Source: Lingula anatina (Eukaryota > Animalia > Brachiopoda). From it: a stretch of DNA of 64,000 bases. Position 1 is the stretch's first letter, and each line of letters begins with the position of its first letter. The DNA lies in NCBI GenBank assembly GCA_051362555.1, contig CM120648.1, forward strand, positions 5,638,587-5,702,586. Direction: 5' to 3'. Below the pieces are notes generated by a model that was not told where the DNA came from, did no database searches, and was given only the letters and a program-made list of their open reading frames with translations. Position numbers and translations under genes: made by a program. This document shows, in pieces, positions 35,704-46,800 of this stretch.

Positions 35704-36939
35704 ATGTGGCCGAAGACGGTCTCTAACGAACATTGCTGGACCAAGATTTGTGTGCAGAAGTACATGCTGTTGTTGCAGAGCGTTTTTCTTTTCGTCGGAG
35801 TGCTATTTATGATAGGAATATCGCCTAAGTGGCCGACAGTGGACGTCAACCACATCCTAACTTGGACTCCTAACAAGACGCAAGGCACATCTCCAACAGA
35901 ATTGGTAACTTTGTCTCTACTGCCAAGCGCTTCGTACGAAATCGTTAGACCACGGGATTACAGAAACATGAATAGTAAACGATTCGTCTATATGGTGCAA
36001 GGTCCGAGTCGAATTGGCATTAAAGGACTCGAAGAAACAACTGAACGCGACGTCTTTTGGTTGACCTTTGGTAATAAATCTGGTGACATTTTTTCGGCAA
36101 GTTCAACAGCAGTTTCAGGACGAAATGCCCTTTTGCACTATGCTGTTAGTTTGGCCTCGCAGACTTTGAACGGTGGATACCTTTACTATATATTCATTGA
36201 TGACGACATTGTTCTATCCTTGCGTAACGATGGAAACGTAAGTTGGAAACCATGGGATCAAATGAAAAATAATACTTTTGAAAGATTTGAGGATTTCCTC
36301 TTAGATTTGAGACCGGCGGTGGGATACGTCCGGTTCCAAGATAATTGGAGGCAACCAACAAATCTTAGCAGATCTACAGACCTTCATCACGATTTTGACG
36401 AGTGTTTTAACGCTTTCCACAAAGACACGTTATCATTTCTTCTCCCTTACGACACCCACTTTGACTACGACTCCTGGTACACGGGCGGCTGGATTGCCCG
36501 TCATCATATGGGGATGTTGTACCATTCCTACAGGATACAATGTAACTCTCTTTACATCGATAATACTAAGCATGGGGGCCGGAATAATAGATACAAGGCC
36601 GGTTACGACTATGCCAAGCCACGGGATTATATTAAAAGTGCCACAACGTCAAATATTCTGCAGAAATCCATACTACAAGCAGATAAAAAAGGGAGAGGGC
36701 TTCAGCCAATAGGGCGCATGCCTGGTGAGCCAAAAGTTAAAGGAAATCATTCCTACTTAATCACCGACGACTATCTTAGTTCTAATTTTAAAGAAGATCA
36801 TCCTATGATTCAAAAGCTGCTTATTTGGAGAAAGAAACCGGAAGTCGAAAAGATTCTCCAATTGCGCACAAGAAATAACGAATCCAGTTTTATAGCCGAT
36901 TCATTATATACTGACTCACCGTCACACTTTTGGGTATAA
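35704..36939 (+). CDS. Putative glycosyltransferase-like type II membrane protein, paralog 3 (411 aa)
   Basis: Uninterrupted ORF; YYIFIDDDIVL; N-terminal TM; ATG 8 nt after ttttctag. ATG 35656 is an alternative. Confidence 0.8.
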   Translation: MWPKTVSNEHCWTKICVQKYMLLLQSVFLFVGVLFMIGISPKWPTVDVNHILTWTPNKTQGTSPTELVTLSLLPSASYEIVRPRDYRNMNSKRFVYMVQGPSRIGIKGLEETTERDVFWLTFGNKSGDIFSASSTAVSGRNALLHYAVSLASQTLNGGYLYYIFIDDDIVLSLRNDGNVSWKPWDQMKNNTFERFEDFLLDLRPAVGYVRFQDNWRQPTNLSRSTDLHHDFDECFNAFHKDTLSFLLPYDTHFDYDSWYTGGWIARHHMGMLYHSYRIQCNSLYIDNTKHGGRNNRYKAGYDYAKPRDYIKSATTSNILQKSILQADKKGRGLQPIGRMPGEPKVKGNHSYLITDDYLSSNFKEDHPMIQKLLIWRKKPEVEKILQLRTRNNESSFIADSLYTDSPSHFWV

Positions 36940-38731
36940 TTTTTTTCTTCTTTTTTGTCAAAAGCAATTTCTGTGCACATGTTGAAATCTTAAAGGAAGA
37001 ATGGTTTATCTTGCTGTGCAATATTTATATTTATATTCTTATATTCTGGACTGTTCTCAACACATTTTAGTAGTTAGTTTAATTGTTATATTCCTTTCCG
37101 TAGAATTATCAACAATAAAAACATTTTAATTACTTTTAATTTTTAACCATTGAATTTTTCTGACAGTTATCTCGAATAAAGCAATTGATACAGTAAACAG
37201 TATAACTTTATTCGTTTATATTCAGATTAAAGGCACACGAGTCTTAGTCCTTAACCTGGCCAAAATTAATTTTCCTAAAAAAAAATCCGCATTTTCTCTT
37301 CATCACCATGATATATAACATTCAAATCTCTGATAAAATTGAGATCTGTAGACTTTTATTTTTTTATCAGGTTTACTGCCGTTATATTAAGGAATCGTCA
37401 TGATAAGCAATTCGTTCAATGATATTAATTTTGCTGTGGCAAAGTCTCATCTTTCCAATTGCTCGGTTATTAATTACAATTTACAGATAGACACGGACAT
37501 TTGGCATATCTGTCTATAATGGAATGATCACATAATAATAATAATAATATTTATTTCTTAAAAACCGCACTACACTACCGTCTCAGTGCTGTTTACAAAT
37601 AAAGTTATCAGAATTGCAAGTGATTATATAAATAATAAAAGCTGAAGTGAATAAAACAATTAAAATGATTAATGCTGGTTATAATAGTAATAGTCTAAAC
37701 AATAAAACCTTTTCTGATAAAATGAGAAAATACATAATTTTAAGTATTAAATTTCATTTGAAGTATGTTTTACATATATATCAAATTCAAACACATGGAG
37801 ATGTACGTACGAGACCCTACAATGAAGCAACATCTCCTTTTTTCGGAAAATAAAACATGGTACAAAGTAACATGCAGATTACCTGGAAAAAAGCACATTT
37901 ATTACAATAAGTAACGATTTCCAGGTAACATACATTGTAATAAGTTCCTTTGTGATTTATCGGGTAGCGAAATATATTACATCAATCCCAGGTAATGTGT
38001 TTCTTCATTTCCAAGAAATCACAAAGGAATATATATACATTATCTGGGAAGAGCTTCTGCTGCCTTTAATGTGTTTTTTTTTTCTGGTCACTCTTAACAC
38101 CAGATTCTGCCACCGTGACCCTTGGCGGCTAGGTAAACTACGAGCGTAGCGTCATATGGACTCCAGTTTATAGTGGAAGCTGCTGTTGCCAGTTATAGTA
38201 TTTATTGTTATATCTGCCTACGTTAATCTGTTTGTGCACTTAGCAGTCTACAGGTGCACTCACTGCTTACATGTACAAGCATAGCGGGCTTAACGCTGCC
38301 CAGGACGATGGGGACGCCGTGAACAGGTAAGTGAATGCACACCTGCGACTGTTTTAGGTGAGATAATGGTGCAGTCGCACCGGCTCGCCTATAGCACTAA
38401 CGCATGAGAAAAATTGCCCATCTGCAGACAACGTGTCAAATTACCAGTACAAGCTGTGGGACAACTATAGCCATCAAAACAATAATAATTATAATAATTG
38501 TTATTATTATAAATGATGTATGTATAAAATGATGTATATCTCAGAATCCCAAAGTCTATCAGAACGAGTGCCTAAGTCCTGCAAAATCCCTCAAAATTAA
38601 TGCACCAGTTTTACGCATTTTGGATAAATAGGGGCGATGGGGAATCGGAACTTGCCCCATTCACTTGTCAGAGGCACCTTATCCACGTACGAAGTCGTCT
38701 TCCTTTATTTTTTCTCTGCACCCGACTTGGT

Positions 38732-39970
38732 TTAAGGTACCCAAAATCGAGTCGGTGAATCGGTATATAAAGAATCAGGTACAAAACTGGACTCATTATT
38801 TCTTGTGTGCAAACGCAGGATCTTTTCAACTTCCGGTGTCTTTCTCCAGGAAATTATTTTTTGAATCATAGGATGATCTGTTATAAAATTAGAACCTATG
38901 AATTCATCGGTGATCAAATAGGGGTGATTCCTTTTAACTTTTGGCTCACCAGGCATGCGCCCTGTAGGCTGAAGCCCTTTCCCCTCACTGTCTGCCTGCA
39001 GCACTGATCTCTGCAAATCGTTTGACGTAATCGAACTTTTTATATAATCTCGTGGCTTGGCAAAGTCGTAACCGGCCTTGTATCTATTATTCCGACCCAT
39101 ATGCTTCGTATTATCGATGTAAAGAGAGTTACATTGTATCCTGTAGGAATGGTACAACATCCCCATATGATGACGGGCAATCCAGCCACCCGTGTACCAG
39201 GAGTCGTAGTCAAAGTGGGTGTCGTAAGGAAGGAGAAATGATAACGTGTCTTTATGGAAAGCGTTAAAACACTCGTCAAAATCGTGATGGAGGTCTGTGG
39301 ACCTGCTAAGATTTGTTGGTTGCCTCCCGTCATCCTGGAACCGGACGTATCCTACAGCCGGTCTGAAGTCCAGGAGAAAATCCTCAAATCTTTCAAAAGT
39401 GTTATTTTTCATTTGGTCCCATGGTTTCCAGTTCACGTTTCCATCATTACGCAAGGATAGAACAATGTCGTCATCAATGAATATATAGTAAAGGTATCCA
39501 CCGTTCAAAGTCTGCGATGCCAAATTAACAGCATAGTGTAAAAGGGCGTTTCTTCCTGAAACTGCTGTTGAACTTTCTGCAAAAATGTCACCAGATTTAT
39601 TTCCAAAAGTCAACCAAAAGACGTCGCGGTCAATTGTTTCATCGAGTCCTTTAATGTCAATTTGACTCGGCCCTTGCACCATATAGACAAATCGTTTACT
39701 TTCCATGTTTCTGTAATCTCGTGGTCTTACGATTTCGTACGAAGCGCTTGGCAGTAGAGACAAAGACACCAATTTTGTGGGAGACGTCCCTCGCGTATTG
39801 TTGGGACTCCAAGCTAGGATGCGGTTGACATTCACTGTTGGCCATGTTGGTGATATTCCGATGATAAATAGCACCTCGACGAAAAGACAAACGCTCTGCA
39901 CCAACAGCATATATTTCTGAACACAAATCTTGGTCCAGATATGTTCGTAATGGAGAGGTTTCCGCCTCAT
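38732..39970 (-). CDS. Putative glycosyltransferase-like type II membrane protein, paralog 4 (412 aa)
   Basis: Uninterrupted ORF; YYIFIDDDIVL; N-terminal TM; ATG 8 nt after ttccttccag. The track's longer version starts at TTG. Confidence 0.8.
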   Translation of the reverse strand: MRRKPLHYEHIWTKICVQKYMLLVQSVCLFVEVLFIIGISPTWPTVNVNRILAWSPNNTRGTSPTKLVSLSLLPSASYEIVRPRDYRNMESKRFVYMVQGPSQIDIKGLDETIDRDVFWLTFGNKSGDIFAESSTAVSGRNALLHYAVNLASQTLNGGYLYYIFIDDDIVLSLRNDGNVNWKPWDQMKNNTFERFEDFLLDFRPAVGYVRFQDDGRQPTNLSRSTDLHHDFDECFNAFHKDTLSFLLPYDTHFDYDSWYTGGWIARHHMGMLYHSYRIQCNSLYIDNTKHMGRNNRYKAGYDFAKPRDYIKSSITSNDLQRSVLQADSEGKGLQPTGRMPGEPKVKRNHPYLITDEFIGSNFITDHPMIQKIISWRKTPEVEKILRLHTRNNESSFVPDSLYTDSPTRFWVP

Positions 39971-42900
39971 CTCAACTTCTGGAAGGAAAATGTACACAGG
40001 GTAAAATAAAATGGCAATCTGGTCTCTGCTGAATGGGTCTTGGCATAATGAGAAAGAAAAAAATGCTTGACTGCCATTATTGCACCGGCGTTTTTTGCAC
40101 CCTGAAAAGTTTCGCAAAATAAACAGTTTGACGTCAGTTTGACGGTGAATCCGCACATCTCCGCCATTAGATTTATACAAGTGAAGGTACCGCGAATTAA
40201 GTGGGTCAATGTCTTGGGCTAATGGGAAACGGAATCTGAAACTAATGGGAACGGAATCTGTATCGAACAGAACTCTCTGGTAGACGTACCTACGGCAGTT
40301 GCTGTTTGGTTTCTCTCGGATTATTTAGTGCAGCTGTCTGGGTAATTGCCAGTTTTCGGTCCCTTACCGATCTCTTGTATACAAAAAGAAGAAAAAGGAT
40401 CAAACACGTGTGAGGAAATTGTTTCCGCCTTCTTTCTGTCTCTTAATTAACAATGTAATTTAATTCATTTACTTAGCGGTGTGTAATTCGTGTTTTCAAG
40501 TACAGGTGTCTATAACTTTGATTGCCTTTTATTTTCCAAGTTAACCACAATGTTTTGAATTCTAAAACAACCTATTAAGGCAAATGAGCGCCTGATGGAA
40601 ATGAAGACCACAAATTGAAGATGTAAATGCTGAACTGATAACTACAAACGAGAAAACACATAGTTGCAAAAGGAACTCACAAGTTAAAGGGATAATAACT
40701 CTTCGTATGAGGTCTATATTTCACAATAAAACATTGTGAATAACTCATAGAAATATAATGTATTCTGTTTTATGACAAAAACAGCAGTTATAGCTATTAT
40801 TCTGATATCTGAGCTTGTCTTCAGACCACGTGACCTCCATTGATGGCTATACTCTGTTATAATCTCTTAAGAGACTTTAACAAAAAACCAAACTTTTTAG
40901 AAAAAAAACAGGGACTAACTTTGAATGTAAAAATGGATTCATTAACCATTGGTAAGTATGGGAAAATTGTTGCTTACTCCAGGAAAATTCATTTTTTGGC
41001 CAAAACGAAGAGTTATTATCCCTTTAAGGATATTGTAAAGGTTTATTATCATCTAGACACCGAAAATGAGGTTTTTCCTGCCCCTTATTATTCAATAGTG
41101 CGTCTACCTTTGTGCTGATTTAAAACAAAAATAACCTCGAAATTATAAAATATCAGCGTTTATATTTCTCGTTGCTATGTATAAGCATCGACAAGGCAAA
41201 GCTGTTATCGTCAAATTAACATCTTTCTATTTTGAGGTGAGGTAGCACCCAGTATGGGGCGTAACTTTATCCCTGAACAATATTTTATCACCGAAATTGG
41301 CATAGTTGACCACAAGTGTATGGGGTTCAATCCCGTGCCGCCATTTTGTTTTAAATGTTTTTGTTTAGGAGTAATGAGCCTCTAATTACACATTTGTATT
41401 AAACAAAGGCATTATTTTGCCGTATCAACGATAAAATCTGAACACAGGCCTTTAAGAAAAATCGCTGACGGAGTTTTGGAGTACTAAATAGTGTCATTAA
41501 ATTAGCGTTAAAACGGTGTTCAGTTTAAGGAGCAATTTGAGAAACCGATTTTTCCATTTTTATCACAAAATCGCAATTATGGCGTCACTCTTAAGATGAC
41601 ATGTGGCATAATATGCTGAGTAACACAATGTGACACAAAATTACTACAAATGTAGTAATAAAAATAATAAACATAGTGATAGTAATAGTAATAACAAGTC
41701 ATCAAAACGACTCTAATCTTAGTTAGGATGCATATTTTTAGAATTTTCCTGGATTATTAAATTGCGAAACATTACTAAGCGATAACAATTTTTACATAAG
41801 TTTGAAAACGCTTGATTTTTCATAGTAAAAAAAAATCATCGTATTTAATATCTGCCTAAGCATGGCGTAGAATGGGCATTTTAGACTGAACATTAACACC
41901 GCTGTCAGTATGAAACCTGTCAACCTGGTAATGATAATGGTGTCATGGTTAGTGTGACAGGAATGATAGTGATTGGAATAAAAGGCCAGTGTTAGTGCAT
42001 GTTATGGTCAGTCAAATATGGGGGTAAGTATGGGAATAATGTCACCTGTGCAAAGGCTTTGTACATGTACATTATTTTCACAAATTTCAAAATAAATAAT
42101 AGAAATACCTTTCTCGCTTTCATACATAAAACCTTTACCTATTGCCAAAAGTGCAGAATTAATGGGCAATTGTGAGAAACCCTTGAGAGTACTACAGGTA
42201 CCAATAATTTATTTCTACCACAAGTATTGAAAACGACATTCTCTTGTTTATTTGAGAAAAATACAAGAAATTAAGTGTAAATTATAAGGGTCGTCTAAGA
42301 AACAACGTAGGCTACGGGTACATGCATGACAATTAATTAATTTATTATTTTATTTATTAAATTTTATTTACTGAGGGTAAAACATGATAATTTTAAATTT
42401 TATCTTACCTATGACCCTCAAAGTACATAATAACACATCTATTAAATACATAAATAAATTAAAAGATTGTGTAAAGACTATCAAATTATTAAGAAACTTT
42501 CAAACCTGTATACATGCACATAACCGGTACGTGTACTTACTGTATATATAATCAAGGAGTTTTAAAACTCCTTGCCATAATTCTGTATGAACTGTGAAAC
42601 CATGCCCCTCCCACTTTAACAGTTGTGCAGACTCCAGTAAGACCTTGATTCCACTGCTATAATACATTACTACATTTGTGACCAATACTTCTGATTTGAG
42701 ATCACAAATTTTACAAAATCAAAAGCATCGAGGAGGCATAAATAAAAACAAGGAAACTTACATACCTGATTTTCAGACTGAGACGTGTCAACCTGCCTAA
42801 TGTTTTGCTGTGTGACTGACGTGGAAGTCAGGTGTGACAGTTATGGTGGTCCTAGCAAGGGCAGATCCAGGGTTATTTGAAGTTGAGGTTCAGTTTTTTT

Positions 42901-43665
42901 TTTAAGAACTGACAGGCCTCATATGCAAAGCGTATCGTGGTAGGCCTACTGCCTGTCAGAAACCTTCCTAGTTAGATGACTTCAGATTCTTTTATTTCCA
43001 TTTTGTGTTACATTGAGATTAATTTTGACTTCGCCTGTGACGTTATAGAGCACGATGAGAGTTTTTATTAGTCTTTGCCATTTCATATGTCGGCAGGGGG
43101 GGGGGGGGGGACTTAAAAACAAAACGCATGATTATAGCGGCTACGTAACTTTTGAAAAAAAAAAACAAACTTTTCTGACATACATGGCGCCATCCCAGGT
43201 TAGTTGTTGACGCAATTTAAATTACACCTGTGGCGTAGCTGGTACAGGATAGACATCCCCATTGATTCCACAGCTAAGCATCGTTTTTAGAACTTTTAAG
43301 TAAGGAGAAAATAATTATTATTGACTTCATGATAATGAACAGCAATAAGTTGTCAAATCGATCACTTATTCTAAACTATACCTTTTTTTATGTAAAATGT
43401 TATTTGCTCGGACCCAGGAGAGCCTGCATTGCTACCTGCATTATAAAACACAAAGTGTTCAAAATGTCTTTTACAATTGTACATGTTATTGTACATACAT
43501 GTACGTACAGTTGGTTACTAATTGTTTGGGTGAACTCGAAAACAGTTGAGAATGTATTGGTAAAAAAAGGAGATTCCCAGATTCTAAGTCTTGAACTCCT
43601 CTCACAGAAAAGAACGCAATGTGGGAGTGAGGATTAATCATGAATCGTCGAGGTTTCTAGTGTTA

Positions 43666-43697
43666 TGACGTCACTAGGGAATTCCCTAGTCACGTGA
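43666..43697. promoter_or_regulatory. Near-palindromic ILKAP promoter element with CRE, NF-kB consensus and E-box
   Basis: TGACGTCA-cta-GGGAATTCCC-tag-TCACGTGA, ending about 105 bp before the ATG. Confidence 0.6.
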
Positions 43698-43802
43698 TTG
43701 CAAACTCTTAGCTAATCCGCCATGCTGGCCTAGTGGAGGCGGTAAGCAGTTGCAGTGACTGCAGTTGTTGTAAATGTACCAGGCATTGTAGTTTTCGTGA
43801 AA

Positions 43803-46800
43803 ATGGACCTATTTGGTGACCTACCGGAACCAGGTGAGTTTCTCTCTCTCTCTCCCCTCTCTCCCACACGCTCTCGCCATCCTGCTTGCATATAGCATTC
43901 TTCAAAGCCAAAATACAGTTTTGCTAGGCAGATGAACTTAGTAGATAATTATATTCAGTGCAATGCATGTACATGTAAGTTTCATGTACATTTTCCCATT
44001 AATGCACGTGTGGTACAGTGCATGAGAAAATGAGCCAGTGCTACTGTATACTGGAACAATGCAGTACTGTACAATAACTATATTATATTATAATTCATGT
44101 ACTAGTATACTGTACTGTGCGTAATACTACTGTAGTATGCATCGTTTTCATTGGTTTTTGTTTACAGCACTACTTTAAATACTAGTAGGAATAAAAAGCA
44201 TATCAGGTCCTGCACAATGAAGGCTGAAAAATGTGTGTGTGTGTGCTCCTCTGTGTGTGTGTGTGTGGGGGGGGGGGGGTACTGTTTGTGGTAATCATCT
44301 TCAGTATGCTGATTGAAAGAAGATCTTATGATGGATTTGGAGAGAGGAAAAGGCTATAAAAATATATAAATATAATTTGTTTTTTTTTAAGTTCTCAAGC
44401 TGGTACATGGTGGTGGACTGCCCTTCCCCCTCTCCACCCCTCTCCTCTCTCCCTCTTCTCTCCTTCTCCCCTTGTCATTCAGCCGGCAGTCTTACACACT
44501 GGATTGAATATACTCAATATATTTATTAGTATCAATATTACCAATATGTATCTGCTAAGAATAAATGCTTCACAGTATGCTGGTTTACTTTTAATAACAA
44601 TTTTTTTGCAGAAACTAAGAACAACAAGCCAGAGACCACATGTACAAGTATCACAGAGAAGAATCCCCCAGGGCAAGCCCCTAGGTGGTCCAAGTCTGGC
44701 TTTAATCCCAGTCAAGCTGTCTGGAGGGGGGTGAGGGGCAACTATGCCTCTATGACACAGGGTACTGGGGGAGGGGGTCTGTTTGATGATCTGCCCCCCA
44801 ATAGCAGTGGTCTGCCCCCTAATATGATTGCCCTGCCTCCCAATAGCAGTGACCTTCCCCCCAATGCCAGTCAGAAAGATGACACACAGCATGTAGAATA
44901 TGGTGAAGGAGACAGAGGGAAGAAAAGAAAGTTAGATGAATCACAGGATGGGGCCCTTTCAGAAAATGACACTACAGAGACCTGTGCTCAAGAGAGGACC
45001 AATGCTGAGGCAGGGAGCAAGAAATTAATAGGTTTATTCATTTGACAAGTTTGTATTCTGTGGCACAAAGTTTAGATGTTTTTACACATGGTGATTACAG
45101 TTGCCTGTCTTCTAAAGTAGCGTACTAGTATAGTAAAGATGAGATGAAAGTCTGAATGTGGATATTTGGTTTTTTATGCCCTCAAAGGCACCTAGCTTTA
45201 TGGGGGGATTTTTTAAAATATATCCTCCATCTTTGAGGAAAGGCACAATGGAATATGTGAATTTTGTTTTGAAATAAGTTTCAATGCAACCTCAGTGTGT
45301 GAATAAATTGTTTGACAAGGTTTTAACATATCAAACTTTGTGCTGAGGAAGGGATTATTATCATTTTATTTATCACTAAATATCGATAAATAATGTTATT
45401 TAAAAGCAAAGGAGGCAAATCATAAGACTAATTATGTAAGTTTAAAAAACTCCCATGAATGCAAATTGATTTTAATAGAGCTTTCAATATTTTTACCCAG
45501 TGTCAGCTTCATTTTGGATTTGCAATATCCTAACACTTTGAGAATTTTTCTTTTTGATATCTCCTTTCTTCTTATTTTTTGTTGTTATTATTTCTTGTCT
45601 CTGTCACAGGTGGAATGTACATGCTGAAAGGTTTTGTGGCGGACAGAAAAGGAGAGCGTGAGGACATGCAAGATGCACACTATCTTACTGAGGATCTGTT
45701 ACCGGAGATTGGGGTCGTAGATAGTAGCATGTGAGCATCTCTCATTAAAGATATTGTGTGTGAGATATTTGTTGAAAAAATGCAAATATGATTTAAAAAA
45801 CTTTTTTTTTGAGTCAACAGTCCTGTAAGTATAATTTACCATCCAAACACCATACAGGGTTCAGGTCCAAGTTATTTAACTGATTTTAGACTTAGTTTAA
45901 TCTTCATATGGCTTAGCAGTATGCAAATTCAAAATATAACATGAACATATTTACATCACCCCCCCTCCCCCACCAAAAAAAAAATACTGAATCAACTCTG
46001 TTACATAGACCAGTTTCAGTCACAATATGACCATTCCCCCTTATTCATTCAATAGCTCATCAGAAAACCTGCCATCTTTTGAAATTAGTTGAATTGAAAT
46101 TGAATGCAATATAATAATTCCATTTTCAGCACTAGAGTTGCATATTTTGCTGTGTTTGATGGACACGGCGGCGACAGAGCTTCCAAGTATGCTGCCACCC
46201 ACCTCCACAAAAATATTGCATGTAAATTTCCCAAAGGTAAGTCTTAGATGAGAAAGGCACTTGTAATATTGTGTAATTGCTGAGGTATGCTTGCAATTAA
46301 TTTTGATAAGTAGGGATGTTAAGGAATTGTAAATAACTTGACCCTAAATTCTTTCACTTATAATAAGAAGAAGCAGGGGGATGGTTCTGGGTAGGGGAGA
46401 GTCAACACCTTTCATTCTGTCTTGTACTTGTTGATAAAAAGTCGGAGTTTATTTTAAGTGTTAGGTCTTAGTTGAGATGTTTGTAAGTGACTTAGTCTGA
46501 TACAGGAATTGAATACTCAGCCAAGCACTGCATTTCCACAATTTCACTGATGTACATTCTTTATATGTAATATGCAACTGACATGGTCAAACATTATGAG
46601 GACTGCACTTTTTGAGTTGTATCCCGCAATCTTTATAGATTCCCAGAATTTCTTGACTTTGTTTTCCCAGGTGATATAGCTCAAGTTGAGAAGGACATCA
46701 AAAGGCAGCTAATAGAGGCATTTAAAAAGACAAATGATGATTTCTTAAAGTTAGCAACAGCCAGGTAGGTTTGGACATCATATTGCTAGTTATCATTACT

